64,000 nucleotides of DNA from Dictyostelium discoideum (Eukaryota). The notes under the pieces were generated by a model, which saw only the letters and a list, made by a program, of their open reading frames with translations, made no database searches and was not told the DNA's origin. Shown here in pieces: positions 50,285-64,000 of this stretch (its first letter is position 1; each line of letters opens with the position of its first letter). The stretch spans positions 3,584,001 to 3,648,000 of the forward strand of contig CM000154.2 in the NCBI GenBank assembly GCA_000004695.1, read 5' to 3'. The position numbers were made by a program, and so were the translations under genes.

Positions 50285-51892
50285 ATGAATTACCAAATGG
50301 TTATTCAAATAATAAAAAATAGTTATAAAATTATAGAAAAATTAAAAGTTTCAGATGTAGATTACCAATTTAAATTGTATAAGCAGGTTAAAATAATTGA
50401 TTCAACTTTCTATGAAATGTTAATCTCTAATTTCACTATAAAAAAGGAAATAATAAATGATTCAATTAATTTAATAATAAGTGAATCAATTAAAATAGAA
50501 CCTAAAAATATATCACTTTTTATTTATCATAAAATGCTGAAAACATATTATCAATATTTAAATGAAACTGATAATAATAATAATAATAATAATATTAATA
50601 ATAATAATTACATATATAGTTTAATTATAATTGAATCATTTTTAAATCATCTGAATAATATTTTATCATCATCATCTTCTTCCTCTTCAAAATCTATATT
50701 ATCCTATTACCATTTCTATTCAATTATAAATAAATTATTACAAATATTAAATGTAACGACAACAACAACCACCATAACTGTACCCAATGATACAACACCA
50801 ATATCAGTTCATAAATATGAAATTATTAATATTTTAAATAATAATATTGACTCAATAAATAAACTAATTAAGGAATGTTTAAATAATGAATTTTATAATA
50901 ATAATAATAATATTGAAAACACAGACAATTGTGAATATTCATCATTTTCAATTTTAAATAAAATATTAAAAGTTTTTATTGAAATATTTGAAATGATTGA
51001 AAATGAAAATAATTTATTTAAACAAAAGCAAAATGAAATATTAATTTTAAATACATTTTTAAATAATTTAATATTACTAGTTTCTTCAAATGAAATTTTA
51101 ATTAAAATAATTAATTTTGATAATGATTTAATTAATAATTTAGAAGATCAATTAAATATACCAATCTTATTCATAGATTCAAAAAGTGGTACTTCAATAT
51201 TATTATCTAAAATATATAAAATTTTATTACAACTTTTAAATCTATTATTAGAATTTGATATTAATAATAATTTATTCAATTTAATTGAACAATCTTTTTT
51301 TAAAAATAATAATAATAACAATAACAATAACAATAACAATAATAATGATAAAAATAATATAAATCAAGAAATTATCAATAAATTAGGTTATATATTTTTT
51401 AATCAAGATGATATTGCTATTGATATTATGTTTTTATTATTATTACTTTATAATAAATTTAACAATAATAATAATAATAATTTTAATAATTATTTTAAAA
51501 ATTATTTAAATGAAAAAATAAAATATTATTTAAATCCTGATAGTGTATTTTATTTTTTTATAAAAAATATTTGTCACTATGATCATTTATTAATAATTGA
51601 TATGTTGATTTCAAATGAAACTAAATTTTTAAATTATTTTTTAAAATATCTAAAATTTGGTGGAGGTGGTAGTGGTAGTGGTAGTGGTAGTGGCGGTGGG
51701 AAGACAAGTAATACCCAATTATTGGGTGGTGGTGGTGGCTATAATGAAGAAAATGACGAAAATAAGATTAGGTTCAAAGAATGCTTGTCGGCATTAAGAA
51801 ATTCGATAATGATTTCTATGAGTAATGATAGTTTTCCTTATAACCCAAGATTATTGTTATCAAGATTAGAATTACTTATCAAAAATCAATGA
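50285..51892 (+). CDS. N-rich hypothetical protein (535 aa) with C-terminal Gly/Ser tract
   Basis: Single ORF with Leu/Ile-rich helical-looking segments (ILLQLLNLLLEFD, LILLVSSNEILIKIINF), poly-N, poly-S, (GS)n, and the C-terminus ..RFKECLSALRNSIMISMSNDSFPYNPRLLLSRLELLIKNQ*. The family was not recognised. Confidence 0.5.
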   Translation: MNYQMVIQIIKNSYKIIEKLKVSDVDYQFKLYKQVKIIDSTFYEMLISNFTIKKEIINDSINLIISESIKIEPKNISLFIYHKMLKTYYQYLNETDNNNNNNNINNNNYIYSLIIIESFLNHLNNILSSSSSSSSKSILSYYHFYSIINKLLQILNVTTTTTTITVPNDTTPISVHKYEIINILNNNIDSINKLIKECLNNEFYNNNNNIENTDNCEYSSFSILNKILKVFIEIFEMIENENNLFKQKQNEILILNTFLNNLILLVSSNEILIKIINFDNDLINNLEDQLNIPILFIDSKSGTSILLSKIYKILLQLLNLLLEFDINNNLFNLIEQSFFKNNNNNNNNNNNNNNDKNNINQEIINKLGYIFFNQDDIAIDIMFLLLLLYNKFNNNNNNNFNNYFKNYLNEKIKYYLNPDSVFYFFIKNICHYDHLLIIDMLISNETKFLNYFLKYLKFGGGGSGSGSGSGGGKTSNTQLLGGGGGYNEENDENKIRFKECLSALRNSIMISMSNDSFPYNPRLLLSRLELLIKNQ

Positions 51893-52179
51893 TTTTGGCT
51901 TTAGTGCCAGTTTACTCGCAATTTTTTAAATTTATGTTCAAACTTGTGCAACCTTGAAAACCAATAATTTTCCAATCTTTGCAGAAGTAAAAAAAAAAAA
52001 AAATAAAAAAAAAATAAAATTTCCCCAAAACGCCGCTGTAAAAAAAAAAAAAAAAAAAATAAATAAAAAATAATAAAAATTAAAATAAAAAAACAGTGTG
52101 GGAAAATTTTTAAAAAAAAAAAAAAAAAAAAAAACAATGAAAATAATAATTTAATATATTAATATTATTATTTTAAATT

Positions 52180-52226
<47 letters not shown>

Positions 52227-52585
52227 ATTTATCTTTTTATTATTAAAAAATTTTATTTTCTTTGAGGGGTAAATAACCACCACCACCACCAAAGGTAAAA
52301 ATTTTTTTTTTAATAATTTAATTTAATTTAATTTTTAATTTTTTTTTTAACATAAAAAATCGAGTTTGGGATTTTTTCGCTCATTAATTTGACAAACCAG
52401 TTAGTTTTTTTTTTTTTTTTTTAAGTTTCTTTAATTTTTTAGTTTTTTTTTTCTTTTTTTTTTTTTTTTCTTTTTCTTTTTATTTTATTTATATTAATAT
52501 ATATGTATATAATAGTTTAAATACTAAATTTTAAAAAAAAAAATAAATAAAAAATAAAAATAAAAAAAAATAAACAGAAACTCAG

Positions 52586-52613
<28 letters not shown>

Positions 52614-52616
<3 letters not shown>

Positions 52617-53490
52617 AAATTTCAAAAACATTTAAAAAATGTCACAGTTTGGAATCATCATTATTTACCATACCAAAAATTAAAAAGAAAATTAAGAACC
52701 TTTTTTTCACCACCACAATCACCATCAGATAGTACACCACCACCACCAACAACAACAACAACAACAGCATCTACAACTACAGTTAATAATAACAACAGAG
52801 CAATTTCAATTAGTGATGGAGGTAATGGTAACTTAAATTTTTTAGATATTTTAGAAAATGAAATTAAAAAAGTGAATCAATTTATTTTAGATGAAAAATT
52901 AACAATTGTAATGAATAGATTTGAAGATTTAAAATTAAAATTTAAATCAATTGATTTTTCATCACCATTTTCAGTTTATCTCAGTGTTGGTTTAATGACA
53001 CCACAACAAATTGAGGATAATAATAATAATTATTTAAATACTATTCAAAGTAATATTTCAAATAATAATAATAACAACAATAATAATAGTAATAACAACA
53101 ACAATAATAATAATAGTAGTAATAATAATAATAGTAATATTAATAATAGTACAGATAATAATAAAGATTTATCAACACCATTAGATCAATCATCATCATC
53201 ATTATATTTCTTTAGTGAACAACAACAACAACCACCAGGACAAGGATCTAATGATGTTGATACTGTAACAGCATTTCAAATTGCATTTGAAGATATTTTA
53301 AAACAATTGGCAGAGATTGATCAATTTTCACAATTAAATATTCAAGCAATTCAAAAATTATTAAATACATATTCAAAAAAGAAAATTAAAACTTTAATTT
53401 CTGATAGAAAAAAAAGAAAAGTTAGTCAAACTGAAACAACTTTACCAAAAATGTTTCATTTAGAAATTAATAATAATCATAATAGTAATA

Positions 53491-53574
<84 letters not shown>

Positions 53575-56500
53575 GTAATAATACATTATCACCAGCAACA
53601 AATACAATATCAATATTATCCAAAGAACAACTAATTGAAGATGTTAAAAAAGATATTGATAATTATTTTAAAGAAAAAGTTGAAGTTTTAGAATTATATC
53701 ATCATACTCAAATTAAAAAATTAACATTAGAAATTGAATTAGAATATCAAACAATTTGTCAAACAAATGTTCATTTATTAAATAATAATTATTATGATAT
53801 TTTAAATGTAAGAATTAAATTTTATTTTTATTTTTTTTATAAAATTATATTAATAAAATAAATAATTAATTAATAAACTTAGATTAAAGAAAAAGAATTA
53901 TCAAATAAAGTTGAATCATTATGTAGAAATGTTGTAAATAATAATATTTCAATTGTTAAAAGTTTAATTGAAGATATTAAAAATTTAATGAGAGATGAAT
54001 TAAAATTAGAACAAGTTAATAATACAATGTGGATTGAAACTATTCATTCATGTATTCATAAATCATGTTATTTAGGTAATGTTGAAATGGTTAAATTCTT
54101 ATTTAATACTTTTAATGATCTTAAAATGGTAAATATTAAATATTGTGATGAAAAGAATAAACAATTCATTCATTTGGCTGCTGAGAATGGTAGATTATCA
54201 GTTATGGAATTTTTAATTGAAAATGGTGCAGATATTGAATGTTTGGATTTCCTTTCACGTAGACCATTACATTTATCTGCAAAGAATGGTAAATATGATT
54301 GTGTGAAATTGTTACTTGAAAAAGGTGCAAAACAAGATGTACTAGATAGAGAAGGTTGTACACCACTATATTTGGCATGTCGTCAACCACCATCAGCAAA
54401 CAATATCATTAATAGTAGTGGTGATATTAGTCTATCAGTGGTTGATTTACTATTATTATCAGGTTCACCCCTAACTCGTGGTCCATATGGTAGACATATT
54501 TTACATGAAGCTTCATCAAAAGGTAATTGTAATAACATTAATAGTATCTTAAAAATAGATCCAGATTCTGCAAATTCAACAGACTCATTCGGACGTACAC
54601 CATTATTTGAATCAATTAAACATGGTCAATTACAAGCGATTTCAACTCTATTAGAGAAGAATGCTCAAATCGTTTCAGTGTTTGATGATGATAAGAGAAC
54701 TCCACTTCATGAAGCCGCTGCAAATGGCCAATTGGATTCAATGCATTTATTAATTAATAATATTTTAGAGAATTTAAAAGAAGATCAAGTTTCAAAAGTT
54801 GTAAATCAACAAGATGATGATGGTTGGTCACCACTTCATGATGCTTGTTATTTAAATTATATTCATTGTGTTAAATGTTTATTAGAGAATAAAGCAAATC
54901 CAAATCTTTTAGATAAAGGTGAATGGTCACCAATAGTTCATTCATTATATCGTGGTAATATTCAAGCTGCAATTACAATCATTGAATTTATTAAAAAGAA
55001 TCCTGATTTATTTCAAGATACAACAACAACAACAACATTATCAAGTAGTAATACAATTCCACAAACAACATTAAAAGATTCAAAGAATTTAAGTTGTAGT
55101 AGTAGTGGTGTTCCATTAATTACAGCATCAACAGTTGGTACAACAGTATTACCACCAAAATTAGATATAGTTGATTTAAATAAATCAATTAGTAATTTAA
55201 ATTTATCATCAAATATAATATTAAAATCACCAGAATCTGAATTATTATCACCAACACCATCCTCATCATCAAATAATAGTAGTAGTATTTCAGTAACACC
55301 ATCAACTTCACCATCAACAAGTAAAAAAATTTTAAAAAGTTTAATGTCAACAGTTACATTTAGAATTCAATTAGTTTCAACAACAATTAAACCTGGTCAA
55401 AAAGTTGGTATTGTTGGTAATAGAAAAGCAATTGGCTCATGGAATCCTTCAGCTGCATTAATGTTTAGAGAAGTTGATAATATTGGTAGTGGTGGTTGGA
55501 TTGGTAAAGTACAAGTACCAGTTAATGTTCAATTAGAATATAAATATGTAATTTTCGAAGGATCACGTTTAGATACATGGGAAGCTTTACCAGAGAATAG
55601 AAAATTCACACCACAAGAAGAGGAAGAGTTTGTTGATGATGGTGTATTTGGTCAAATTACATTTGATGAAGATAGTGTCACAGCTGAACAATCAAAACAA
55701 TCCCTCTTTATGGAACGTGGTTGGTTAGTACAAGATACTCAAATTAGAATTAGATTTGGTGAAACTTCACCAACTGATTTACAACGTAAAATTAAACAAC
55801 CAATTACTTTATACAATGGTAAAGAACAAGCTGGTAAAATCGTTGTAACCCTAAGAGATCGTTCATCAAATATTCAATCAGGTACTGGTTTATCTCAAGT
55901 TAATTTACCCCTAACTAAAGATCATTCAGTTCAATTCCAAACTAATCAATTAAAACCAAATTCTTATCATTCAATTCAATTTGATATTTATCGTCGTGGT
56001 ATGTCAAGTGTATTAATTGGTCGTTCCATTGTATTGGTATCAGAGTTAACAAGTACAAATCCATATAAAAAAGTTGTACCAATTATAAATTCATCATTGT
56101 TATCAGTTGGTGAATTATATTTCTTTCCATTAATTGTTTCACCATTTACTCATTCAAAAATATCTGATGTTTTATCTAATACCTATTGGAAATCAACTCT
56201 ATTAATTGGTCATCGTGGTGGTGGTGCTGAAAATGCTAGAAATGTTGGTAAATATAAAAGAACTCACATTAAAGAGAATACAATTCTTTCTTTCGTTACA
56301 GCTGCTTCATTAGGTGCTCAATATATTGAATTTGATGTTCAATTATCAAGAGATAATATTCCTGTAATTTATCATGATTTTGAAATTCTTGGTCAAGATG
56401 GTATTAAAATACCAATTAATAAAATTAATCTTGAACAATTTAAATCATTACAACAAGAAAAAAAAAATAGTAGCAATAATAACAATAATAATAATAATAA

Positions 56501-57371
56501 TAATAGTAATAACAACAATAATAATAATAATAAAAATAATAGTAATAGAATTAATAATAATAATTCAAATCAACATGATGAAAATAATAAAAATAATATT
56601 TCAAAAACATTACCATCTTTAAAAACTTTACGTGGTAGATCAAAATCAATGCAAGATATATTTAATGATTTTGGTACATCATCAAGTAATATTTTAGCAA
56701 ATTTAAGAAATAGTGGTATAATTAATGTAAACAATACACCAAGTTCACCATTGGCATCATCATCTTCATCTGCAAATTCTTCACAACCTATTAGTGATTC
56801 GTTTACAACATTGGAAGAAACCTTTAAGAATGTACCAATTGCTACTGGATTTAATATTGAAATTAAATATCCAAATCAAGAGAAAGAAATGGAAATTCAA
56901 ATGAATAATATGAATAGAAATGCTTATGTTGATACTATTCTAAAGGTTGTTTTTGAACATGCAGGTAATAGAAGTGTAATGTTCTCTTCATTCGATGCTG
57001 ATATTTGTTTACTTTGTTCTTTGAAACAACCAAAATATCCAGTTTTCTTTTTAAATAATGCTGGTTTCACTCAACATGCTGATCCACGTGCAAATTCAAT
57101 ATCAGAGGCAATTCGTTTCTCAAAATCTGCTCATCTATTGGGTATTGTCACAAACTCAAAGATTCTATGTGAAGCTCCACCAATTATTGGTCAAGTTAAA
57201 TCTGCTGGTTTAATGTTATGTTCTTGGGGTTCCGAAAATAATGACCCTGCTTTAGTTGATCTTCAAGAACAATTGGGTTGTGATGGTGTTATCTCTGATC
57301 ATATTGCCTATATTTCAAAACATTACTATACAAATAATAATACCATTATTAATAATCAAAATAATCAATAA
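52614..57371 (+). CDS. SPX - ankyrin repeat - CBM20 (starch-binding) - GDPD glycerophosphodiester phosphodiesterase (~1560 aa; 2 exons)
   Basis: Exon 1 is 52614-53807: MKFQKHLKNVTVWNHHYLPYQKLKRKL.. (canonical SPX N-terminus), plus later SPX subdomains (FLDILENEIKKVNQFI..; FQIAFEDILKQLAEIDQFSQLN). The donor is AAT|GTAAGA. The intron is 53808-53882 and ends ACTTAG. Exon 2 is 53883-57371 in phase. Ankyrin repeats are HLAAENGRLSVMEFLIENGADIECLD.. / PLHLSAKNGKYDCVKLLLEKGAK... The CBM20-like segment is VTFRIQLVSTTIKPGQKVGIVGNRKAIGSWNP...EYKYVIFEG..TWEALPENRKF. The GDPD segments are LLIGHRGGGAENARNV..ENTILSF..GAQYIEFDVQLSRDNIPVIYHDFEI and ..GFNIEIKYP...FSSFD. Poly-N inserts are present. Confidence 0.75.
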
Positions 57372-58811
57372 TAACAAACATATGTCATTCTTTAAAAGTT
57401 TTTAAATAAAATTAAAAAAAAACCGTCATTAAATTATTCATTTAGAAAATTTCTGCAACTGTCCCAACAGAACCAGTCCTTGTTTTATTAAACTATTACC
57501 ATATATCTAATTCAATTATACATAGATTTTATTATCAAAAAAAAAAAAAAAAAAAAATCTTTTTTTATTTTTTTCACCCATTTACTTAAGTTGTAGTCAT
57601 ATTTTTTATTTATTTAATTTTAGTTTTATTATTTTTTCTAATAATTTTGAAGATTTTCCTCTTTTTATTTTTATTATTTATTTTCATCATTTAATAATAC
57701 TTGGTAAATATCAATATTATAGATTATTTCATTTGAAGCAACCATTTTCCAAACTCTAAAACCAAATTTTTTATTAAGGTAAATATTGAGCAGAAGCATT
57801 ATTGCACTGGAAAAAAAAATTCAAAACATAATATTATTTTGTAAATACTAATGATTTAATAATCATTTAATAATCATTTATTTATAATTTTAATATTAAA
57901 AAAATAATCCTGATAATAAAATTTTAATAAAAAAGAATTAATTAATATTTATTAGAAATTAATATTTATTAAAAATTAGTAAATAATTTTAATATATTAA
58001 AAAAAATAATTTTTTATTAATTTTTAATTGATTTTTTATATTCATAAAAGAGTTTAATAAATGAAAATTCGCAATAGATGAAGCCACATTGGAATTAATT
58101 GGTCTTTTACGAATATTTTTATTTAGTTGTCCTATGATATCATACCTTTACATAATGGCAATATTAATCTGTCAGGATTTTTACTAACTAAATTTGTGTT
58201 CATTGTTGTGCTAAAAAAGCCATATTATTTTTTCACCTAAATTTTTTTTTTTTTTTTTTTTTTTTATTTTCCTATATAAATTAAAGTTAACATATAATAA
58301 AAAAAGAGAATATCGAGTAGAAAAAAAAAAGAAAAAAAAAAAAGTTATAAATAAAAGAGAAATTAAGTGTAATAATTTATTAATTTAAGATAAAAGATTT
58401 TTCGATTATATTATATAAATATTATAATATTTATAAAGATTTTTCAATTATATAAAATAATAATTATATAATTTTATAACAAAAAAAAAATAAAAAAAAT
58501 CTTTTTTTTTTTTTTTTGTTTAACGAATTTTATTTGGTAGTTAATAATTAGTTTATAATCAAATAATTAAAATTTACTTACTTGGCGAAAAAAAATGGTG
58601 GGAAGATGGAATTACAAATCAGCATTAAAATCTCAAATTTACACTGAGTGATGGCGGCTGTATAAAATTAAAATAGTCATTTACTACCTCTAATATCAAT
58701 ATTAGAACAAAAAAAAAAAAAAAAAAATAAAATAAAATATTATAAAATAGAATAAAATAATTATGGAGGTGTTAAAATTTAGTCAAAAATGTCATCACAA
58801 GGATTTTTATT

Positions 58812-60272
58812 TTATATGTTTACTATTTTGACATTTACAGGGACGAAAGAATAAATTAATTTTTTACAACTTTTATAAATATAGACATTATTTAATGTAT
58901 TAGGAATTGAATCAATAATTAATTCTTGTTTTATATCACCTATATGTAACTCTTTAACCCATTCTGGTATTATACCTTTGGTTAATTTTTGATTGAATCC
59001 ATCTAATAACCTAACAGTTGTTACAGTATTAGGAATTGAATCGATTATTAGTTCTTGTTTTATATCATCTATATACAACTCTTTAACACTTTCTGGTATT
59101 ATACCTTTGGTTAATTTTTGATTGAATCCATCTAATAACCTAACAGTTGTTACAGTATTAGGAATTGAATCGATTATTAATTCTTGTTTTATATCACCTA
59201 AACATAACCCTTTAACCCATTCTGGTATTATACCTTTGGTTAATTTTTGATTGAATCCATCACATAAAATAACAGTTGTTACAGTATTAGGAATTGAATC
59301 AATTATTAATTCTTGTTTTATATCTCTTATATACAACTCTTTAACACCTTCTGGTATTATACCTTTGGTTAATTTTTGATTGAATCCATCACATAACCTA
59401 ACAGTTGTTACAGTATTAGGAATTGAATCAATAATTAATTCTTGTTTTAAATTACCTATATACAACTCTTTAACACCTTCTGGTATTATACCTTTGGTTA
59501 ATTTTTGATTGAATCCATCACATAAAGTAATAGTTGTTACAGTATTAGGAATTGAATCAATAATTAGTTCTTGTTTTATATTACCTATATGTAACTCTTT
59601 AACACTTTCTGGTATAATACCTTTGGTTAATTTTTGATTGAATCCATCTAATAACCTAACACGTGTTACAGTATTAGGAATTGAATCAATTATTAATTCT
59701 TGTTTTATATCACCTATATACAACACTTTAACACCTTCTGGTATTATACCTTTGGTTAATTTTTGATTGAATCCATCACATAAAATAACAGTTGTTAGAG
59801 TACTAGGAATTGAATCAATTATTAATTCTTGTTTTATATCACCTAAACGTAACTCTTTAACACCTTCTGGTATTATACCTTTGGTTAATTTTTGATTGAA
59901 TCCATACCATAAACCAACGGTTGTTACAGTATTAGGAATTGAATCAATTATTAATTCTTGTTTTATATCACCTATATACAACACTTTAACACCTTCTGGT
60001 ATTATACCTTTGGTTAATTTTTGATTGAATCCACTTAGAAGCAAAACGTTGTTTGGTAATTTCTTTAGTTTTGATAAAATGTTACAATTGTCTTTGAATG
60101 CTAAACTTTCAAAATCATCAGTCAAAAAGGATGATTCATCACTCTCTGAATATATATAAAAATTGTGATTCAATACTAAAAACAAAGAATTAGTATTTTT
60201 TGTTTTATTAGACTTATTAATTTGAGTCTAACTTACTTTTAATGAATTCATTTTTATTATTTGAGTTATTTA

Positions 60273-60329
<57 letters not shown>

Positions 60330-61107
60330 TATAATCAATAGCATCATTAGGAATATCACCAAAAGAGTATATCGATTTAAAACTATTTTTAATATTATTA
60401 ATTGTTTGATTATCGAATTTTAAGATTTGATTATTATATTCTTTTAGTTTTGTTAAATTATTGATATTATTGCTATTTTTTAATATTAATAATGAGTTTT
60501 GATATTGTTTAATTAATTCAATAGTATCTGTATCAATTTGATAGCAATCATCATTGTCGTCATTATCTTGTTGATTATTAATTTGTGTAAAATAATTTAA
60601 TTTATCAATAATTGAATTATTATTATTATTTAAAATTGTTGAAATGATTTTATTATCATTGTTGATTGAAGAAGTTATAATTGTATTTATCAATATATTT
60701 TGATCTAAGTTTGTTGATAGTTGTTTTTCGATATCCAATTCAACAAATGAAAGTATATTGTGAATTTGTTTAAATTCATTTTTTAATAAATTATTATTAT
60801 CATCATTTTGTGATTGAATTTCTTTGAAAGTTTCATTTGATTCTTTTAATAATATTTGATCATTTTCTTTTCTTTCAATTAATTTTGGATAGATATTATC
60901 TTTAAAATCATTAATTAATGAATGAATATTTGATGCTGATGATTCTAATGAATCAGTTTTATGACCATGATGTTCACCTTTACGAGACGTACAAAGACTG
61001 CAACATGGCATAAATTTACAATCCAAACATAAAAATTCTAAATTTTTATTTGGATGAAGTGTACACCTATTTTGATTATTTATAATTATATCTTCACTTT
61101 CTTTCAT
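58812..61107 (-). CDS. B-box zinc finger + coiled-coil + FNIP-repeat protein (intact copy D; 2 exons, 9 FNIP units of 43 aa)
   Basis: Exon 1 is 61107-60237 ([52 protein letters not shown]..; donor AAAA|GTAAGT, phase 1). The intron is 60236-60176 and ends TTTTTAG. Exon 2 is 60175-58812 with nine near-identical 129-bp units encoding [43 protein letters not shown]. The splice phase is identical to copy A. Confidence 0.75.
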
Positions 61108-61344
61108 TTTGTGTGCTATTTTGTTTTGAGTTTAAAAAAAAAAAAAAAAAATTTGATAATTTAATTTTAAAAAAAAAAAAAATAAAAAAAAATAAAAATA
61201 AAAATAGGTGCCAAAAAAAAGTTTGTGTTATTTTGATAACTTAAAATTTTAAAAAAAAAAAATAAAAATAAAAATAAAAAAAATTCTTTTTTGTAATATC
61301 ACCACTTCATATCCTTAAAATTCTTATGTGGCATTAATTATTTA

Positions 61345-62805
<1,461 letters not shown>

Positions 62806-63104
62806 ATTTTTTTTTAATAACTTAATTTTTTTAAAAAAAAAAAAAACTCAAATTTAGAATGACAAAAAATTTCCCAATTACATAAACAATATTATAAACA
62901 GGTACAAAAATACATCCTTTATTAATATCAATAGCTCCTTAAAAAACCTAGATTTTCACATCATGATTAAAACATTTGAGATATTTAAATTTAATTTGTA
63001 TTTTCTATATCAATATATTCTAAAAATAACTTTAAATATAATTTATCCAATGTAATTGCATTGACTGCATGTTTAGTTGAACTGTATGCTGAATAATTTT
63101 ACAT

Positions 63105-63367
63105 ATTATCCAAACCCATTTCATCAGATGAAATGTTAATTGTTAAACCTGATTTTTGATTTCTAATGTATGGTGTTGAATTTCGAAGTAAATCTTTCTA
63201 ATTTGAGTATCTGATAATTCTTCAATTGCACCAACTAAACCATAACCAGCATTATTAACCAATACATCAATTCTGCTAAATTGTCTAATTGTCTCTTCAA
63301 CTGCATTCTTTACCACTTGATTTTCCAGTGATTAACCAAATTTTATTATTATTTCGATTGAGTCCAT
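63105..63367 (-). pseudogene. short-chain dehydrogenase/reductase (SDR) gene fragment, decayed
   Basis: The minus strand from ATG 63367 reads MDSIEIIIKFG*. In the other frame, KIWLITGKSSG-KEC is a broken TGxxxGxG cofactor loop. Then ..KNAVEETIRQFSRIDVLVNNAGYGLVGAIEELSDTQIRKIYFEI..HHTLEIKNQV* gives the SDR DVLVNNAG motif. Stops and frameshifts are present and the middle and C-terminus are missing. Confidence 0.5.
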
Positions 63368-63627
63368 TTTAATTTATATTTATTTATATTTATTTTTATA
63401 TTTTATATTATTTATTTTAATGATTATAAAAAAAATAACAACAACAACAAATCAAAGAAAAAAAAATAAAATAATTTGATCAAATTATTTTATTTTTGAA
63501 AAAAAAAAAAAAAAAAGAAATTATTTTTAAATATTTAAAAATTTTAATTGTTATTATTATTATTATTATTAAATTATTATACATAAATATTTATTATTAT
63601 TAAATTATTATACATAAATATTTATTA

Positions 63628-64000
63628 TTATAAACTTTGTAAAAGTTTATTTAATTCTTCATCTTCAGTTTTAAATGTTGAAGTTTTAGAAGAATAAGGT
63701 AAATCTTTTTGAGCTACAGAAGGCATTTTTTGATAATTATCTAAACAAACTTCATCAACAACCTTTGAGAGGATATCATCTGCTTCTTCATCTACTTCAT
63801 CATCTTCAAACATATCTTGCATCATTTCTTCGGTCATTTCAACACGTTGTGTTTGTTTTTCATATTCCATCATTGTCTTTTGTAATTGTACTAAATCGGT
63901 TTGTTTATTCATTGTTGACATTGCTTTAGTGGCAGATGCCATTGCATTTGCCATTGTTTGATTTGCTTTAATTGTTGTGGTTTTAGTCGATACTGCCGAT
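63628..64000 (-). CDS. ESCRT-III subunit CHMP2/Vps2 (Snf7 family), 3' part only; gene continues beyond window end
   Basis: The in-frame minus-strand read from 64000 is ..SAVSTKTTTIKANQTMANAMASATKAMSTMNKQTDLVQLQKTMMEYEKQTQRVEMTEEMMQDMFEDDEVDEEADDILSKVVDEVCLD...EDEELNKLLQSL*. This parallels human CHMP2A ..MAQAMKGVTKAMGTMNRQLKLPQIQKIMMEFERQAEIMDMKEEMMNDAIDD.. and a C-terminal MIM-like helix. The M at 63954 of the track ORF is internal. Confidence 0.65.
   Translation of the reverse strand, partial: SAVSTKTTTIKANQTMANAMASATKAMSTMNKQTDLVQLQKTMMEYEKQTQRVEMTEEMMQDMFEDDEVDEEADDILSKVVDEVCLDNYQKMPSVAQKDLPYSSKTSTFKTEDEELNKLLQSL

Noticed and set aside
58860-60060. Highly regular ~129-bp direct repeats that superficially resemble a CRISPR-like array
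   Set aside because: They are in-frame coding repeats (FNIP units) of a eukaryotic gene with no unique spacers. The genome is eukaryotic, so CRISPR is not applicable.

Overview
This 64-kb window is AT-rich eukaryotic nuclear DNA, not prokaryotic, so operon, CRISPR and defence-island concepts do not apply. The evidence: poly-Asn/Gln (AAT/CAA) coding microsatellites, short AT-rich introns (GTAAGT ... AG), huge A/T homopolymers, and one 100-N scaffold gap. This is typical of a Dictyostelium-type social amoeba chromosome (inference from composition, not a database hit).

Main content, from my own reading of both strands:
1. A head-to-tail tandem array of three ~4.7-kb, ~6-exon paralogs on the minus strand (1-4326 partial, 4988-9673, 11858-16601). 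They encode secreted type I membrane glycoproteins: signal peptide, IPT/TIG-like segment, Pro/Thr linker, EGF-like Cys module, TM anchor. I call them Tgr-like. Identity is strikingly mosaic: about 1 kb at the 3' end is near-identical in all copies, while the middle is divergent. A DDE_1 (pogo/Tigger-like) transposase remnant sits between copies 2 and 3.
2. Two clusters (21.9-27.0 kb and 58.8-62.8 kb) of minus-strand B-box zinc-finger / coiled-coil + FNIP-repeat genes. They form a decay series: two intact genes (4 versus 9 copies of a 129-bp FNIP unit), one copy with an internal deletion and a perfect 31-bp inverted duplication, one 5'-truncated copy interrupted by the N-gap, and one frameshifted/truncated copy.
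3. About 15 other genes: a 4-exon PP2C phosphatase, a tiny EF-hand protein, a 1339-aa triple-domain glycosyltransferase (GT2 + GT4 + GT61-like), a VPS10/sortilin-type receptor, a hotdog-fold thioesterase, an SPX-ankyrin-CBM20-GDPD phosphodiesterase, a partial CHMP2/Vps2 ESCRT-III gene at the right edge, an FCS/MYM-like zinc-finger protein, and several N/Q-rich hypotheticals.
4. Smaller items: an LSU-rRNA-like ~120-nt fragment in an AT desert, an SDR pseudogene fragment, G/T-rich (G-box-like) promoter islands, a conserved upstream motif shared by the B-box gene copies, and many microsatellites.

Splice boundaries were derived by hand from GT/AG sites and phase continuity and are approximate.
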